Positions 28,721 to 38,251 of a stretch of 50,574 bases of DNA are shown piece by piece. Source of the stretch: an uncultured Bacilli bacterium (GTDB taxonomy: Bacteria; Bacillota_I; Bacilli_A; RF39; UBA660); assembly GCA_947627915.1 (NCBI GenBank), contig CANQXT010000002.1, positions 1 to 50,574 on the forward strand, given 5' to 3'. The notes below the pieces were generated by a model that saw only the letters and a program-made list of their open reading frames with translations, was not told the origin of the DNA and did no database searches. Positions within the stretch are counted from its first letter, which is position 1. The number at the start of each line of letters is the position of its first letter. The position numbers and the translations under genes were made by a program.

Positions 28721-29326
28721 CTACTTTTTAATCAATTTCTTACTTGCTACTACTTGACAATAAACATTTTTATCATATGTTCTAATTTCTTCTACATATG
28801 GTAATTCTAAATCATTTTTAAAATTTTTCATTTGATTAAATTTATATAACCAATCTTTATCATAAATATTACCATATATACCAACAACAATACCATATTT
28901 ACTATTATTATGAATATTTTTTAATAATTCTAAAGATTTATAATCATAAGGATTTTGGGTTATAAATCCTAAAGAATTAGGAATAAAATAATTGTCATCT
29001 TTTTTAATAATTACATTTTTATTATTATAAATAATTTGTTCGGCAACTATTTTATTATTATCAATATTTTCATTATATGGTGTAACTAATAAATAATCTT
29101 TAACAAAAGATAAAGAATCTAGAAAACCTTTATTAAGTTCATATAATTGTTCATTAGGTAAATTTAATCTTTTTAATAATCTTATATATTTTAAAGCCAT
29201 ATCTTGTCTTTGTGTACACCATAATACAAAATCATTCATATCGATTAATTCAGTATCACTTGAGTCCATAGCCTTTTTATATTGGCCAATTAAATTATTA
29301 ATATAAGTTGAATTACTTTCTTGCAT
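28721..29326 (-). CDS. Cytoplasmic protein of unknown function
   Basis: 201-aa ORF with an AAAGGAG RBS. No signal peptide and no recognisable motif. Confidence 0.6.
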   Translation of the reverse strand: MQESNSTYINNLIGQYKKAMDSSDTELIDMNDFVLWCTQRQDMALKYIRLLKRLNLPNEQLYELNKGFLDSLSFVKDYLLVTPYNENIDNNKIVAEQIIYNNKNVIIKKDDNYFIPNSLGFITQNPYDYKSLELLKNIHNNSKYGIVVGIYGNIYDKDWLYKFNQMKNFKNDLELPYVEEIRTYDKNVYCQVVASKKLIKK

Positions 29327-29408
29327 AAATTTTCTCCTTTAAAAATCCCGTTGGAATACAACAGGACCTATTTGTTAATTACCCCCCTGATTAATTAACA
29401 ACAATGCT

Positions 29409-29437
29409 ATTTTAACACACTTTACATTATATGTCAA
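29409..29437 (-). promoter_or_regulatory. Sigma-A promoter TTGACA-17-TAAAAT (TGn-extended) for 28721..29326
   Basis: Hexamers read on the minus strand, followed by a ~75-nt structured leader. Confidence 0.5.
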
Positions 29438-29462
29438 ATTAAAGGAAATAATTTGTTAAGCA

Positions 29463-29491
29463 TAAAAAAAGTAGACACTAAATATCTACTT
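29463..29491 (-). terminator. Terminator after the collagen-like gene
   Basis: Minus strand reads AGTAGA-tatttagtg-TCTACT followed by T7. Confidence 0.6.
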
Positions 29492-29499
29492 TTCTTTAA

Positions 29500-30035
<536 letters not shown>

Positions 30036-30079
30036 TTAATAAAGTATGTCCTTATATTAATAATGAAAAGTAAAAATGA

Positions 30080-31207
30080 CTATTTAGTTAATAATAATTT
30101 TTCACAATGTTTTTGTAAACTTTTTAAAAAGATTTCTATTTCTGTTTTAGTTGTTAAATGGGATAAGCTAATTCTTAAACTAGATTTAGCTCTTTCCATA
30201 TCATTAGTAAGTTCTAAAACATTAGTACTATAGTCATCACTATTACAAGCAGTAGAAGCCGAAATATAGATATCGTCTTCTTCTAAAGCATGAATAATAG
30301 TTTCTGATTTTATACCTATAATACTAATATTTAATATATAAGGAATACAAGAAGAATTACTATTAATTTTAATGTAAGGTAATTTTTTTAATTCTTTTTG
30401 TAAATCTTCATTTAAAGATTTAACATATTCGTATTTACTTTCTATTTTCTCACAACTTAATCTTATAGCTTTAGCAAAAGAGGCAATTAAAGCATGATTA
30501 GGTGTTCCACTTCGATAAATAGTTGTTGATTTACCACCATGAATTAATGGTTCTAAAAGAATATTTTTCTTTTTAATTAAAGCTGCAATTCCTGGTAAAC
30601 CATAAATCTTATGGGAAGAAATACTTATTAAATCTATATTTTCCATATTTATATTTATTTTTCCTAGACTTTGCGTTAAATCAGAATGAAAAAAACATTT
30701 AGGATATTTTTTTAAAATTTCTCCTATCTTTTCAATGGGATTTAAAATACCTATCTCACTATTAACAGCGCATATACTAACTAAAATAGTATTATCAGTC
30801 ATAATATTTTCTAAATCATTAATATCTACTACACCATTTTTATCACTCTTAACATAAGATATTTCAAAACCATATTTTTCTTCTAAATATTTAAGCGTTT
30901 CTATAACAGATGAATGTTCATATTTAGTAGTTATAATATGTTTACCTCTATTTTGATATTTTAAACATATTCCTTTTAAAGCTAAGTTATTAGCTTCACT
31001 AACATTACTAGTATAAATTATTTCTTCATCATTTAAATGAAGAATATCTTTTATTTGTTTTGTTGAAGCCATAATTAATTGATTATTTTTTATTCCTAAT
31101 TTATGTAAAGAATTAGCATTTCCTATAAAATTATTAGTTATATAATTGAAACTTTCTAAAACATCTTTATTAACTGGTGTAGTTGCACTATAATCTAAAT
31201 ATATCAT
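30080..31207 (-). CDS. Cysteine desulfurase (class V aminotransferase, NifS/IscS-like)
   Basis: MIYLDYSATTPV start (ATG 31205-31207, AAGAGGA RBS), PLP-lysine motif SSHKIYG, and a C-terminal ..ASTACNS.. active-site Cys region. Confidence 0.9.
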   Translation of the reverse strand: MIYLDYSATTPVNKDVLESFNYITNNFIGNANSLHKLGIKNNQLIMASTKQIKDILHLNDEEIIYTSNVSEANNLALKGICLKYQNRGKHIITTKYEHSSVIETLKYLEEKYGFEISYVKSDKNGVVDINDLENIMTDNTILVSICAVNSEIGILNPIEKIGEILKKYPKCFFHSDLTQSLGKININMENIDLISISSHKIYGLPGIAALIKKKNILLEPLIHGGKSTTIYRSGTPNHALIASFAKAIRLSCEKIESKYEYVKSLNEDLQKELKKLPYIKINSNSSCIPYILNISIIGIKSETIIHALEEDDIYISASTACNSDDYSTNVLELTNDMERAKSSLRISLSHLTTKTEIEIFLKSLQKHCEKLLLTK

Positions 31208-31239
31208 ATTATTCCTCTTTCTCATCAAATTATAACATA

Positions 31240-31273
31240 AAAAAAGATAGAATGCTTTTATATTCTATCTTTT
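31240..31273 (-). terminator. Terminator after 31285..32772
   Basis: Minus strand reads GATAGAAT-ataaaagc-ATTCTATC followed by T7. Confidence 0.55.
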
Positions 31274-31284
31274 TAAATTATTTA

Positions 31285-32772
31285 TTAATTTGGATTTTCT
31301 ACTTGACATGAATATCCAAGTTGACCACTAAAGTATTGACTTAATGCACTATAAGTTGTAAATTTATCAGCACCATGAATAGTTTCTAATGCACTATTAT
31401 CAAGTTCATTTATAATTGTAATTGTTTTATTAGCATCATCAAATGTAAGATTTAAATGATTTCCTAAAATACCATCAATAGTAACTTGTTTATCAGTAGC
31501 ATATGTAGTTTTTAATTCATTATATTTTGCTTCATCATTAATTACAAATTTATATATTTCTTGAGCTAAACCACCATATATATTAGAAACTGTTTCACCA
31601 TTTTCTAAACCATCTGATATTACAAAACGATATGATACACTTTTTGTACCTTGTGGTTCAATCATTTCATCACTTGATATTGCACAATTATAATATCTCT
31701 TAACTGGATATTGAGTAACAATTAATTTAGAATCAAATTCTAAAGTTTTACCATTTGTACTTGTAGCTTTAAGTCTTATATTATGAGTTCCTGGAATATT
31801 AATTCTTGTATTAACTTCATTTTGATCGAAGAATTCATAAGTTAAAGTAGTATCAGTACTTGTAGCAAATTCTTTAGCTTCTATTGTATCACCTGCTACT
31901 TTATAAACAACTACATTAGTAACTTCTATTTCTCTATCATCTTTTACAGTTACTTTACCTTTTTGAACTGTTCCACCACATTTTATTTCAAATTCATATT
32001 CTCCAGCTTTATTAATATTAACTTGAGATATATCTTTTGAACAATTTTCAGCAGCAGTTCCTTTAATTGAAGCATATACTTTTATATCTTCTGGTAATTC
32101 TTGGCCAATACTAATTTCTAAGTTTCTTGTTTCAATACTTGTCTTTTCAGCTTTACCACCAGTTTTATTTAATATAAAATAAACACCTGCTCCGATTGCA
32201 ATTAATAATACAACAATTATTATAATAAATAACGTAAAATTATTTTTCTTTTTTGGTTTCTTTTCTGGATCTAATGATATTGGTGGTGTAGTGCCTACAA
32301 CTCCACCACTTTCAAATCCTGGCATATCTCCTAAAGTATTATTAGGTACTGGATTAGGATTTGCCATATTATTATCTGGTATTGTTTGGGGATTAGTGTA
32401 ATTTGGCATTGGAGCACTAGGACCATTATTTGGAACTTCTGGACCCATAACTGGAGTTGAATTTGGTCCCACTACATTTACAGGAGTTGGATTAACTGGT
32501 GTTGGTTCAGCGGGAACTGGATTTACTGGCGTTGGGTTAATTGGATTTACCGGCGTTGGATTTACTGGTTCTGGACTTGGTGTTGGTGATGCTTGTGTAG
32601 GAGAAGGTCCCATTACCACATTACCAGGATTTGGATTAGGCATTTGATTAGCCCCATTATTCATTACTTGACCTGGATTATCATTCATCATTACTGTAAA
32701 ACCAGCTTGATTATTGGGTTCATTTGTTACACTACCTATAACATTACCATTATTATTCATTTCATTATTCAT
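31285..32772 (-). CDS. Type II membrane protein with N/P-rich cytoplasmic repeat region and ~290-aa external domain
   Basis: 495 aa with PTPVNP-type repeats (aa ~60-100), a TM helix FTLFIIIIVVLLIAIGAGVYFIL, and a beta-rich C-terminal domain. No family recognised. Confidence 0.7.
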   Translation of the reverse strand: MNNEMNNNGNVIGSVTNEPNNQAGFTVMMNDNPGQVMNNGANQMPNPNPGNVVMGPSPTQASPTPSPEPVNPTPVNPINPTPVNPVPAEPTPVNPTPVNVVGPNSTPVMGPEVPNNGPSAPMPNYTNPQTIPDNNMANPNPVPNNTLGDMPGFESGGVVGTTPPISLDPEKKPKKKNNFTLFIIIIVVLLIAIGAGVYFILNKTGGKAEKTSIETRNLEISIGQELPEDIKVYASIKGTAAENCSKDISQVNINKAGEYEFEIKCGGTVQKGKVTVKDDREIEVTNVVVYKVAGDTIEAKEFATSTDTTLTYEFFDQNEVNTRINIPGTHNIRLKATSTNGKTLEFDSKLIVTQYPVKRYYNCAISSDEMIEPQGTKSVSYRFVISDGLENGETVSNIYGGLAQEIYKFVINDEAKYNELKTTYATDKQVTIDGILGNHLNLTFDDANKTITIINELDNSALETIHGADKFTTYSALSQYFSGQLGYSCQVENPN

Positions 32773-32828
32773 AACTATCAGCCCCTTTGACTACTATATA
32801 ACAATTATAACTTTAAATACTAAAATTT

Positions 32829-34184
32829 TCAACTATTTTTTTCGTCATTTTTTTCAGCAAATATATATTCTTTAAACTTGTCTCCTTTTTCCGCATAATT
32901 TTTAAATTGATTATAGGAAGATGCTGCCGGTGATAACAAACAAACTTTATTTTTTTTAGTTATTTTTTTAGCTAAAGAACATGCTTCTTCTAAAGTATCA
33001 ACTAAGTATACTTTATCTTTAGATAAATACTTAGCTATTTTATGCCCTGTCGTTGGCATACATATAAAATGTTCTATATTACTCTTTTGTAAAAAATCTA
33101 TAAATATATCATAAGATATACCTCTATCCATACCTCCAAATATTAAAGTATTAATATCATCAATTGCTTTAATAGCATTTATAGTAGCTTCTGGAATAGT
33201 AGCTAAAGTATCAACATAATATGTAACGCCATCTACTACCCCAATATTTTCTAAACGATAAGCCACTGGTTCAAATTCTTTAATCGCTTGGATAGTTTTA
33301 CGATCATCTAAATTTAAAACTTTACTAACTGTATAAGCCACCATTATATTCTCTAGATTATGTAATCCTTTTAATTTTCTTTCCATATTGCTATTAAATA
33401 CTTCTATATCTTTATAATAAACTATATCATTATTTAAATATGTTGTAGCTTTATTATGCATATCTATAGTTAATTTTTGTCCTTTAAAATTTCTTTCCTT
33501 AATAATATTATTTAAATTAACATTATCTTGACAATATATCATATAATCGTTACTATTTTGATATTTAAACATATTCATTTTCGCATTATAGTAATTTTCT
33601 AAACTACCAGCATGATCTAAATGATCTTCAAATAAATTTAAAACAATTCCAATATGAGGTGATACATTAATAAACTCTAATTGATGGGAAGACATTTCTA
33701 AAACTAAAATAGTATCATCTTTGATATTATCTAAAATAGAGAAAACAGGTATTCCCATATTACCTGCTAAAATAGCATCAAGACCATTCTTTTTTAATAT
33801 CTTATAAATTAAGGTTGTGGTAGTGGTTTTACCTTTAGTTCCTGTAACCCCAATTACTTTATCCCGATATAATTGGAGTAATATTTCCATTTGAGATGTT
33901 ATATTTAGATTACTAGTATCAATATCTTTTAAACTTATACCTGGTGTTTTCATAATTAAATCATATTGTTCTAAATTTTCTAAATAATTATCTCCATAAA
34001 CAAAATTAACATTATGATCATTACTTACAACATTATTATTACTTTGATTAACTAAATCAATAATAGTAATAGGTATATCTTGTAAATATTTTCTAATAAA
34101 ATTATAAGTAGCTATTCCTTCTCTTCCAAATCCTAAAATACCTATTTTTTTATTTTTAAACATATTGATTATTTCATTTATCAT
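32829..34184 (-). CDS. murD: MurD-family UDP-MurNAc-L-Ala--glutamate ligase (possibly MurD2-type)
   Basis: 451 aa. N-terminal GILGFGREG dinucleotide-fold motif, P-loop GVTGTKGKTTTT, and C-terminal LLSPAASSYNQFKNYAEKGDKF as in MurD. It is outside any dcw context and overlaps the upstream gene by 11 nt. Confidence 0.85.
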   Translation of the reverse strand: MINEIINMFKNKKIGILGFGREGIATYNFIRKYLQDIPITIIDLVNQSNNNVVSNDHNVNFVYGDNYLENLEQYDLIMKTPGISLKDIDTSNLNITSQMEILLQLYRDKVIGVTGTKGKTTTTTLIYKILKKNGLDAILAGNMGIPVFSILDNIKDDTILVLEMSSHQLEFINVSPHIGIVLNLFEDHLDHAGSLENYYNAKMNMFKYQNSNDYMIYCQDNVNLNNIIKERNFKGQKLTIDMHNKATTYLNNDIVYYKDIEVFNSNMERKLKGLHNLENIMVAYTVSKVLNLDDRKTIQAIKEFEPVAYRLENIGVVDGVTYYVDTLATIPEATINAIKAIDDINTLIFGGMDRGISYDIFIDFLQKSNIEHFICMPTTGHKIAKYLSKDKVYLVDTLEEACSLAKKITKKNKVCLLSPAASSYNQFKNYAEKGDKFKEYIFAEKNDEKNS

Positions 34185-35523
34185 TATTTATAATCTCCTT
34201 TATATAATTACATTCATCTTCTGGTAAATTATTATAATTATTAAATTGATGTTCTAAATCTTTCTTTAAAATATTTTCATCATAATAATTATGATAATAA
34301 TAATCTAATAAATATGGTAAATTATCTTTACTTAATTTACTAATTGTTTTTGTAATTGCATAATTAATTTCTTCAAATGTACCCACACATTCAAATGGTT
34401 TTTGATCTCCTTTACCTATTAAATCAATAAAAATATTTAATAAATCTTCTTTTTTAAATAAATCTTCCCCAAAGATATTAATTAAATCTTCTTCATATAA
34501 GAAAGGCGATAATAAAGAATATACAAATAAACATTTTGAACAATTACAACACCAATTCCAAGGAACTTTTTTACTACCAATATTACAGCTTTTAAATATT
34601 TGATGATATTCTTTCTTCTTAGCAAAAAGCATTGCTATTTGATATTCACTTAATGGTCTTAAAAAAGAATAATATTTAATATTAGGATTTAAAAATTCTT
34701 TGGCATAATCTTGAAAATCTTTTTCAAATTCATAAGATTTGGAATATTGATGATTTATATTGGTATCTTTAATATTTGCTTCATTAGCACTACTTTCATT
34801 AGATACTAAGATTCTTTCTTTATTATTTAAATAAATAGTTAAAAAAGAAACAAACGCAATCATAGCGGAAAAAGGTGTATGACCATTTAAGAATCCTTCT
34901 TCATTTAATTCTAAAAGTCCTTTATCAATCATTCTTTGGACTTTATATATTTGGTCATCTTTAATCCCTTTAGCATAAGCACAATTTAACATTACTTCTT
35001 TAGGATTTACCATAAAACAACTAACATCTTTTTTAGGATATATACTAAGAGTAACACAAGAGTCTTTACCACCGCCAATAGCGACTAAACTACCAGAGCC
35101 ACTATAATCTATATTTTCATTATAATAAGGACCATTACATTTAAAATTAACAAAAGTATTATAATCCGGTTCTAAATTATTAAGATAAAAGAATTCACTT
35201 AAACCACGGTAATATAATTTTTTAAAAAATTCTTTTTGTTTATTTGTTATATTACCACAATTAATAATTATATTTGGAGATATAGTACTTTTCCAATAAC
35301 TTACTATTTCTAATAAACCAATATTAAAAGCTAATTTCTCTATAAACTTCTTATTTAAATTATTATTGGTATAAGGAATTATTAATTTATGGATAAATTT
35401 TTTTAAATTTTTTATTTCATAATAATATTCTATTTCGATATCATTCTTATTATAAGTAATATTAAATTTATCAAAAATAAAAGTATCATATTTTTTTATT
35501 TCATTGAAAGATTTCTTAGTCAT
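34174..35523 (-). CDS. PP-loop-like ATP-utilising protein; candidate MurL-type epimerase partner of MurD2
   Basis: 449 aa with LVAIGGGKDSCV (SGGxDS-like PP-loop) and C-terminal Cys motifs SCN..WCCNCSKC. Translationally coupled to the murD-like gene. The family assignment is an inference. Confidence 0.55.
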   Translation of the reverse strand: MTKKSFNEIKKYDTFIFDKFNITYNKNDIEIEYYYEIKNLKKFIHKLIIPYTNNNLNKKFIEKLAFNIGLLEIVSYWKSTISPNIIINCGNITNKQKEFFKKLYYRGLSEFFYLNNLEPDYNTFVNFKCNGPYYNENIDYSGSGSLVAIGGGKDSCVTLSIYPKKDVSCFMVNPKEVMLNCAYAKGIKDDQIYKVQRMIDKGLLELNEEGFLNGHTPFSAMIAFVSFLTIYLNNKERILVSNESSANEANIKDTNINHQYSKSYEFEKDFQDYAKEFLNPNIKYYSFLRPLSEYQIAMLFAKKKEYHQIFKSCNIGSKKVPWNWCCNCSKCLFVYSLLSPFLYEEDLINIFGEDLFKKEDLLNIFIDLIGKGDQKPFECVGTFEEINYAITKTISKLSKDNLPYLLDYYYHNYYDENILKKDLEHQFNNYNNLPEDECNYIKEIINNDK

Positions 35524-35588
35524 AAAATAAATTCCTTTCTAATAATAATTTTATAATAAAATATTATATCAAATTACTATATTAAAGT

Positions 35589-37355
35589 CTAATCTACTTC
35601 TTTTTTAGTTATAACTTTAATTAATAATACTATTAGAAAGATTACTATACTACTAGATATAATTATAATAAGACTATTTTTTTTAAATGTCGTAACAAAA
35701 TTATTATTTTGAATATTCTTATCAATTAAAACATTAATATTTTTATCTGGGGTATTATCATGTTCAATTAAATTACTTTCTTTTATAGAATCATTAGTGT
35801 AAGCTTTAATAGTTAATTGAAAATTACCCCCATCTAATAAACTAACATCAGCATAATTATCGCCATCAATGGATATAAATTGAACATCACTTGTTAATTT
35901 AATATCTTCATAATTACCATCTAATTTTAAAGAAACTCCTAAATTAATATTATTATCACTTGATAATTTAATTAATATAGTAAAACGATCACTTTTTATA
36001 ATTGGTTTATTATTTATTTTAATTGTATCATAACCAACAAATTTTGAAACACCTTCCGCTATTTTAATGGCATTATTAGTATTCTTTTCTTCACCATTAG
36101 CAAAATATACTTCATATTTTTGATTTGGTTCGGTAAAAAACATTGATACTTCTTGTAATTCTTCATTATTACTACTCTTTTTATCAAAGAAACTCAATAA
36201 ATTAACTGTTTTTCTATCAATATTATAAACAGCATTATAACCTAAATAATCATAATAATAACTATAGTCTTCAACTTCATTAGAAGCATTAAAAAATCCT
36301 ACTACATTACCGCATATATGAATATCATCATAAGATACATATTGATATCCTTTATCTCCAATATTAATATAAACCATATTATTATTTATATAAACATCTT
36401 CTATATTTACTTCATATAAATTAGATATTAAGAATATTATTCTATCTTCAGTTAATTCATCTAAAGACATAATATTTAATCTATTATTATATTTATTAAA
36501 TAACATATTTCTTATACTATTAACTGAACCAATAGACATACTTTTACCATATGAATTTTGAATAATAAAAGCACCATTTCTAGTTGGAGGATTAGAGGTA
36601 CCAAATTCACTTACAGATACATTATCATCCCAACCAATAATTGTTACACCATGGTTAACGTTTTGATTGGCGGCGATTTTATTACCTAAAAGATCTTCTC
36701 TTTCTAAACCATTATAATAATTATATTTTTTAAAGACATTTGTATTATCTACATACATAGTTGCTGCTAAAGCCCCATTAGTAATTAAATATTCTTTTAT
36801 ATCACTTATAACACTTGGTGTACATTTACTATTAGTACCTATAAAGGCAATCGAATTAACATCTATTTTTCCTTTAACATTAGTTACTTCATTATTATTT
36901 ACTAAAATATTATTATTATATAAATTTAATAGTTTAGAAAAAGGTAATTCACTTTCATAAACTGAACCATAAGAATTCATTAAATATGCTGCTGAAACAT
37001 AAAAGTTTCCCCCATTATTAACGCTTCTTTTAAAAGTATCATTATACATATATGTACTTTGTGTAGCTAATTCTAAGTGTGCTTCTGATAAATCATAATA
37101 ACCCATATTATTTAATAATAAGTTACTTTCAATAGAAGTGTTTGTAGCAAAAGCCCAACAAGCATTAGTATTATTTTGATTTTTAACATCAGTTAATAAA
37201 TTATAATTTCTTAAATCAAAATGGGTATCAGTTGGACTAACATTATTAAATTTTGAATTAGCTTGTTCAAAAACAAAACGATCATTACTTGAAGCATTTA
37301 CTCTTGGAACAAATATTAATAATAAAATTATAACTGCAACTAATATCTTTTTCAT
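35589..37355 (-). CDS. Papain-family (C1) cysteine peptidase, secreted, with C-terminal membrane anchor
   Basis: 588 aa with a signal peptide. Catalytic Cys in NACWAFAT, His in VNHGVTIIGWD, Asn in IIQNSYG. C-terminal TM helix IIISSSIVIFLIVLLIKVI. Confidence 0.85.
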   Translation of the reverse strand: MKKILVAVIILLLIFVPRVNASSNDRFVFEQANSKFNNVSPTDTHFDLRNYNLLTDVKNQNNTNACWAFATNTSIESNLLLNNMGYYDLSEAHLELATQSTYMYNDTFKRSVNNGGNFYVSAAYLMNSYGSVYESELPFSKLLNLYNNNILVNNNEVTNVKGKIDVNSIAFIGTNSKCTPSVISDIKEYLITNGALAATMYVDNTNVFKKYNYYNGLEREDLLGNKIAANQNVNHGVTIIGWDDNVSVSEFGTSNPPTRNGAFIIQNSYGKSMSIGSVNSIRNMLFNKYNNRLNIMSLDELTEDRIIFLISNLYEVNIEDVYINNNMVYINIGDKGYQYVSYDDIHICGNVVGFFNASNEVEDYSYYYDYLGYNAVYNIDRKTVNLLSFFDKKSSNNEELQEVSMFFTEPNQKYEVYFANGEEKNTNNAIKIAEGVSKFVGYDTIKINNKPIIKSDRFTILIKLSSDNNINLGVSLKLDGNYEDIKLTSDVQFISIDGDNYADVSLLDGGNFQLTIKAYTNDSIKESNLIEHDNTPDKNINVLIDKNIQNNNFVTTFKKNSLIIIISSSIVIFLIVLLIKVITKKEVD

Positions 37356-37428
37356 ACAAACCTTTCTATCTTTACTTTAATTATACTTTATTTATTATTA
37401 TTTTAATAAGTTTTAAATCTTTTTTATG

Positions 37429-37462
37429 TAAAAAAATGTCGAAAACAACATAGTTTTCAACA
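37429..37462 (-). terminator. Terminator after nrdG
   Basis: Minus strand reads ATGTTGAAAAC-tatgtt-GTTTTCGACAT (one mismatch) followed by T7. Confidence 0.6.
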
Positions 37463-37463
37463 T

Positions 37464-38027
37464 TTAAATATATAATTTCTCTTTAGGTTTATATTTTTCC
37501 ATAATACCATCACTTTCAGGTATTAAAGTTACTTTTCCTAATTTTAATGTTTTCGGTACATCGATTAATCTTTGATTAGAAGATCCTCTAAAAAGTAAAT
37601 TTAAATCTTTTTTATCATTTTCAAATCTTCCATCAACTAAAACATCTATATACTTAAGTAATTCTAAATAATTAGGATTCTTTTTACCTAAATCTAATAC
37701 TTGTTCATAAGTAAAACCAGTATAACACCAAACATTTAAGCCAATTTTTTTTGCAAATTTAGCAATTTCTAGAACACTATCTACTTGAAACATTGGATCT
37801 CCCCCACTAAGAGTTATTCCATCTTGTTTTTTATTCTTTTTGATATCTTGTAATTCCTTACAAATATCATCTATTTCAAAATCGGCACCACCATTAAAAT
37901 CATGTGTACTAGGGTTTTGGCAAAAAGGACAATTATGAGAACATCCTTGCGTCCAAATAACTGTCCTAACTCCCAAACCATCAACAACACTATCACATTG
38001 AAGTGGTGCTGCTAGTCTTATCTTCAT
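37464..38027 (-). CDS. nrdG: Anaerobic ribonucleotide reductase activating enzyme (radical SAM)
   Basis: 187 aa. DGLGVRTVIWTQGCSHNCPFCQNP carries the CxxxCxxC cluster motif, and GITLSGGDP is present. Confidence 0.93.
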   Translation of the reverse strand: MKIRLAAPLQCDSVVDGLGVRTVIWTQGCSHNCPFCQNPSTHDFNGGADFEIDDICKELQDIKKNKKQDGITLSGGDPMFQVDSVLEIAKFAKKIGLNVWCYTGFTYEQVLDLGKKNPNYLELLKYIDVLVDGRFENDKKDLNLLFRGSSNQRLIDVPKTLKLGKVTLIPESDGIMEKYKPKEKLYI

Positions 38028-38038
38028 AAACGTATTCC

Positions 38039-38221
38039 TTAAGCAGTTTTTTCACATTTTTCGCTAGATGTTACACCAGTATGTTTTACACGATCATGTT
38101 CTTCAGCTTTTTTAGCATTATTGAATCTATCTAGTGTACCTACAAGATAACCTGTAATACGACGGATATTTTCAAATCCTACTCCTTCACCAATAGTTTT
38201 ACATTTTTTTGTTGCTTCCAT
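38039..38221 (-). CDS. Stand-alone glycyl-radical domain of class III RNR (NrdD C-terminal segment as a separate 60-aa cistron)
   Basis: IRRITGYLVGTLDRFNNAKKAEEHDRVKH parallels E. coli NrdD ..RRVCGYLGSPDARPFNAGKQEEVKRRVKH (the Gly-radical loop). It has its own ATG and an AAGAGGAGG RBS. Confidence 0.75.
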   Translation of the reverse strand: MEATKKCKTIGEGVGFENIRRITGYLVGTLDRFNNAKKAEEHDRVKHTGVTSSEKCEKTA

Positions 38222-38251
38222 AAAATATTCCTCCTCTTTCTATTTTCTATT

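Noticed and set aside
38222-38251. Read-through, frameshift or sequencing error joining nrdD to the 60-aa glycyl-radical ORF
   Set aside because: Both ORFs are in the same frame, but the spacer has two in-frame stops (TAA and TAG), and a consensus RBS sits at proper distance from the ATG. A single error cannot restore a fusion. Pseudogenisation is still kept as an alternative in the finding.
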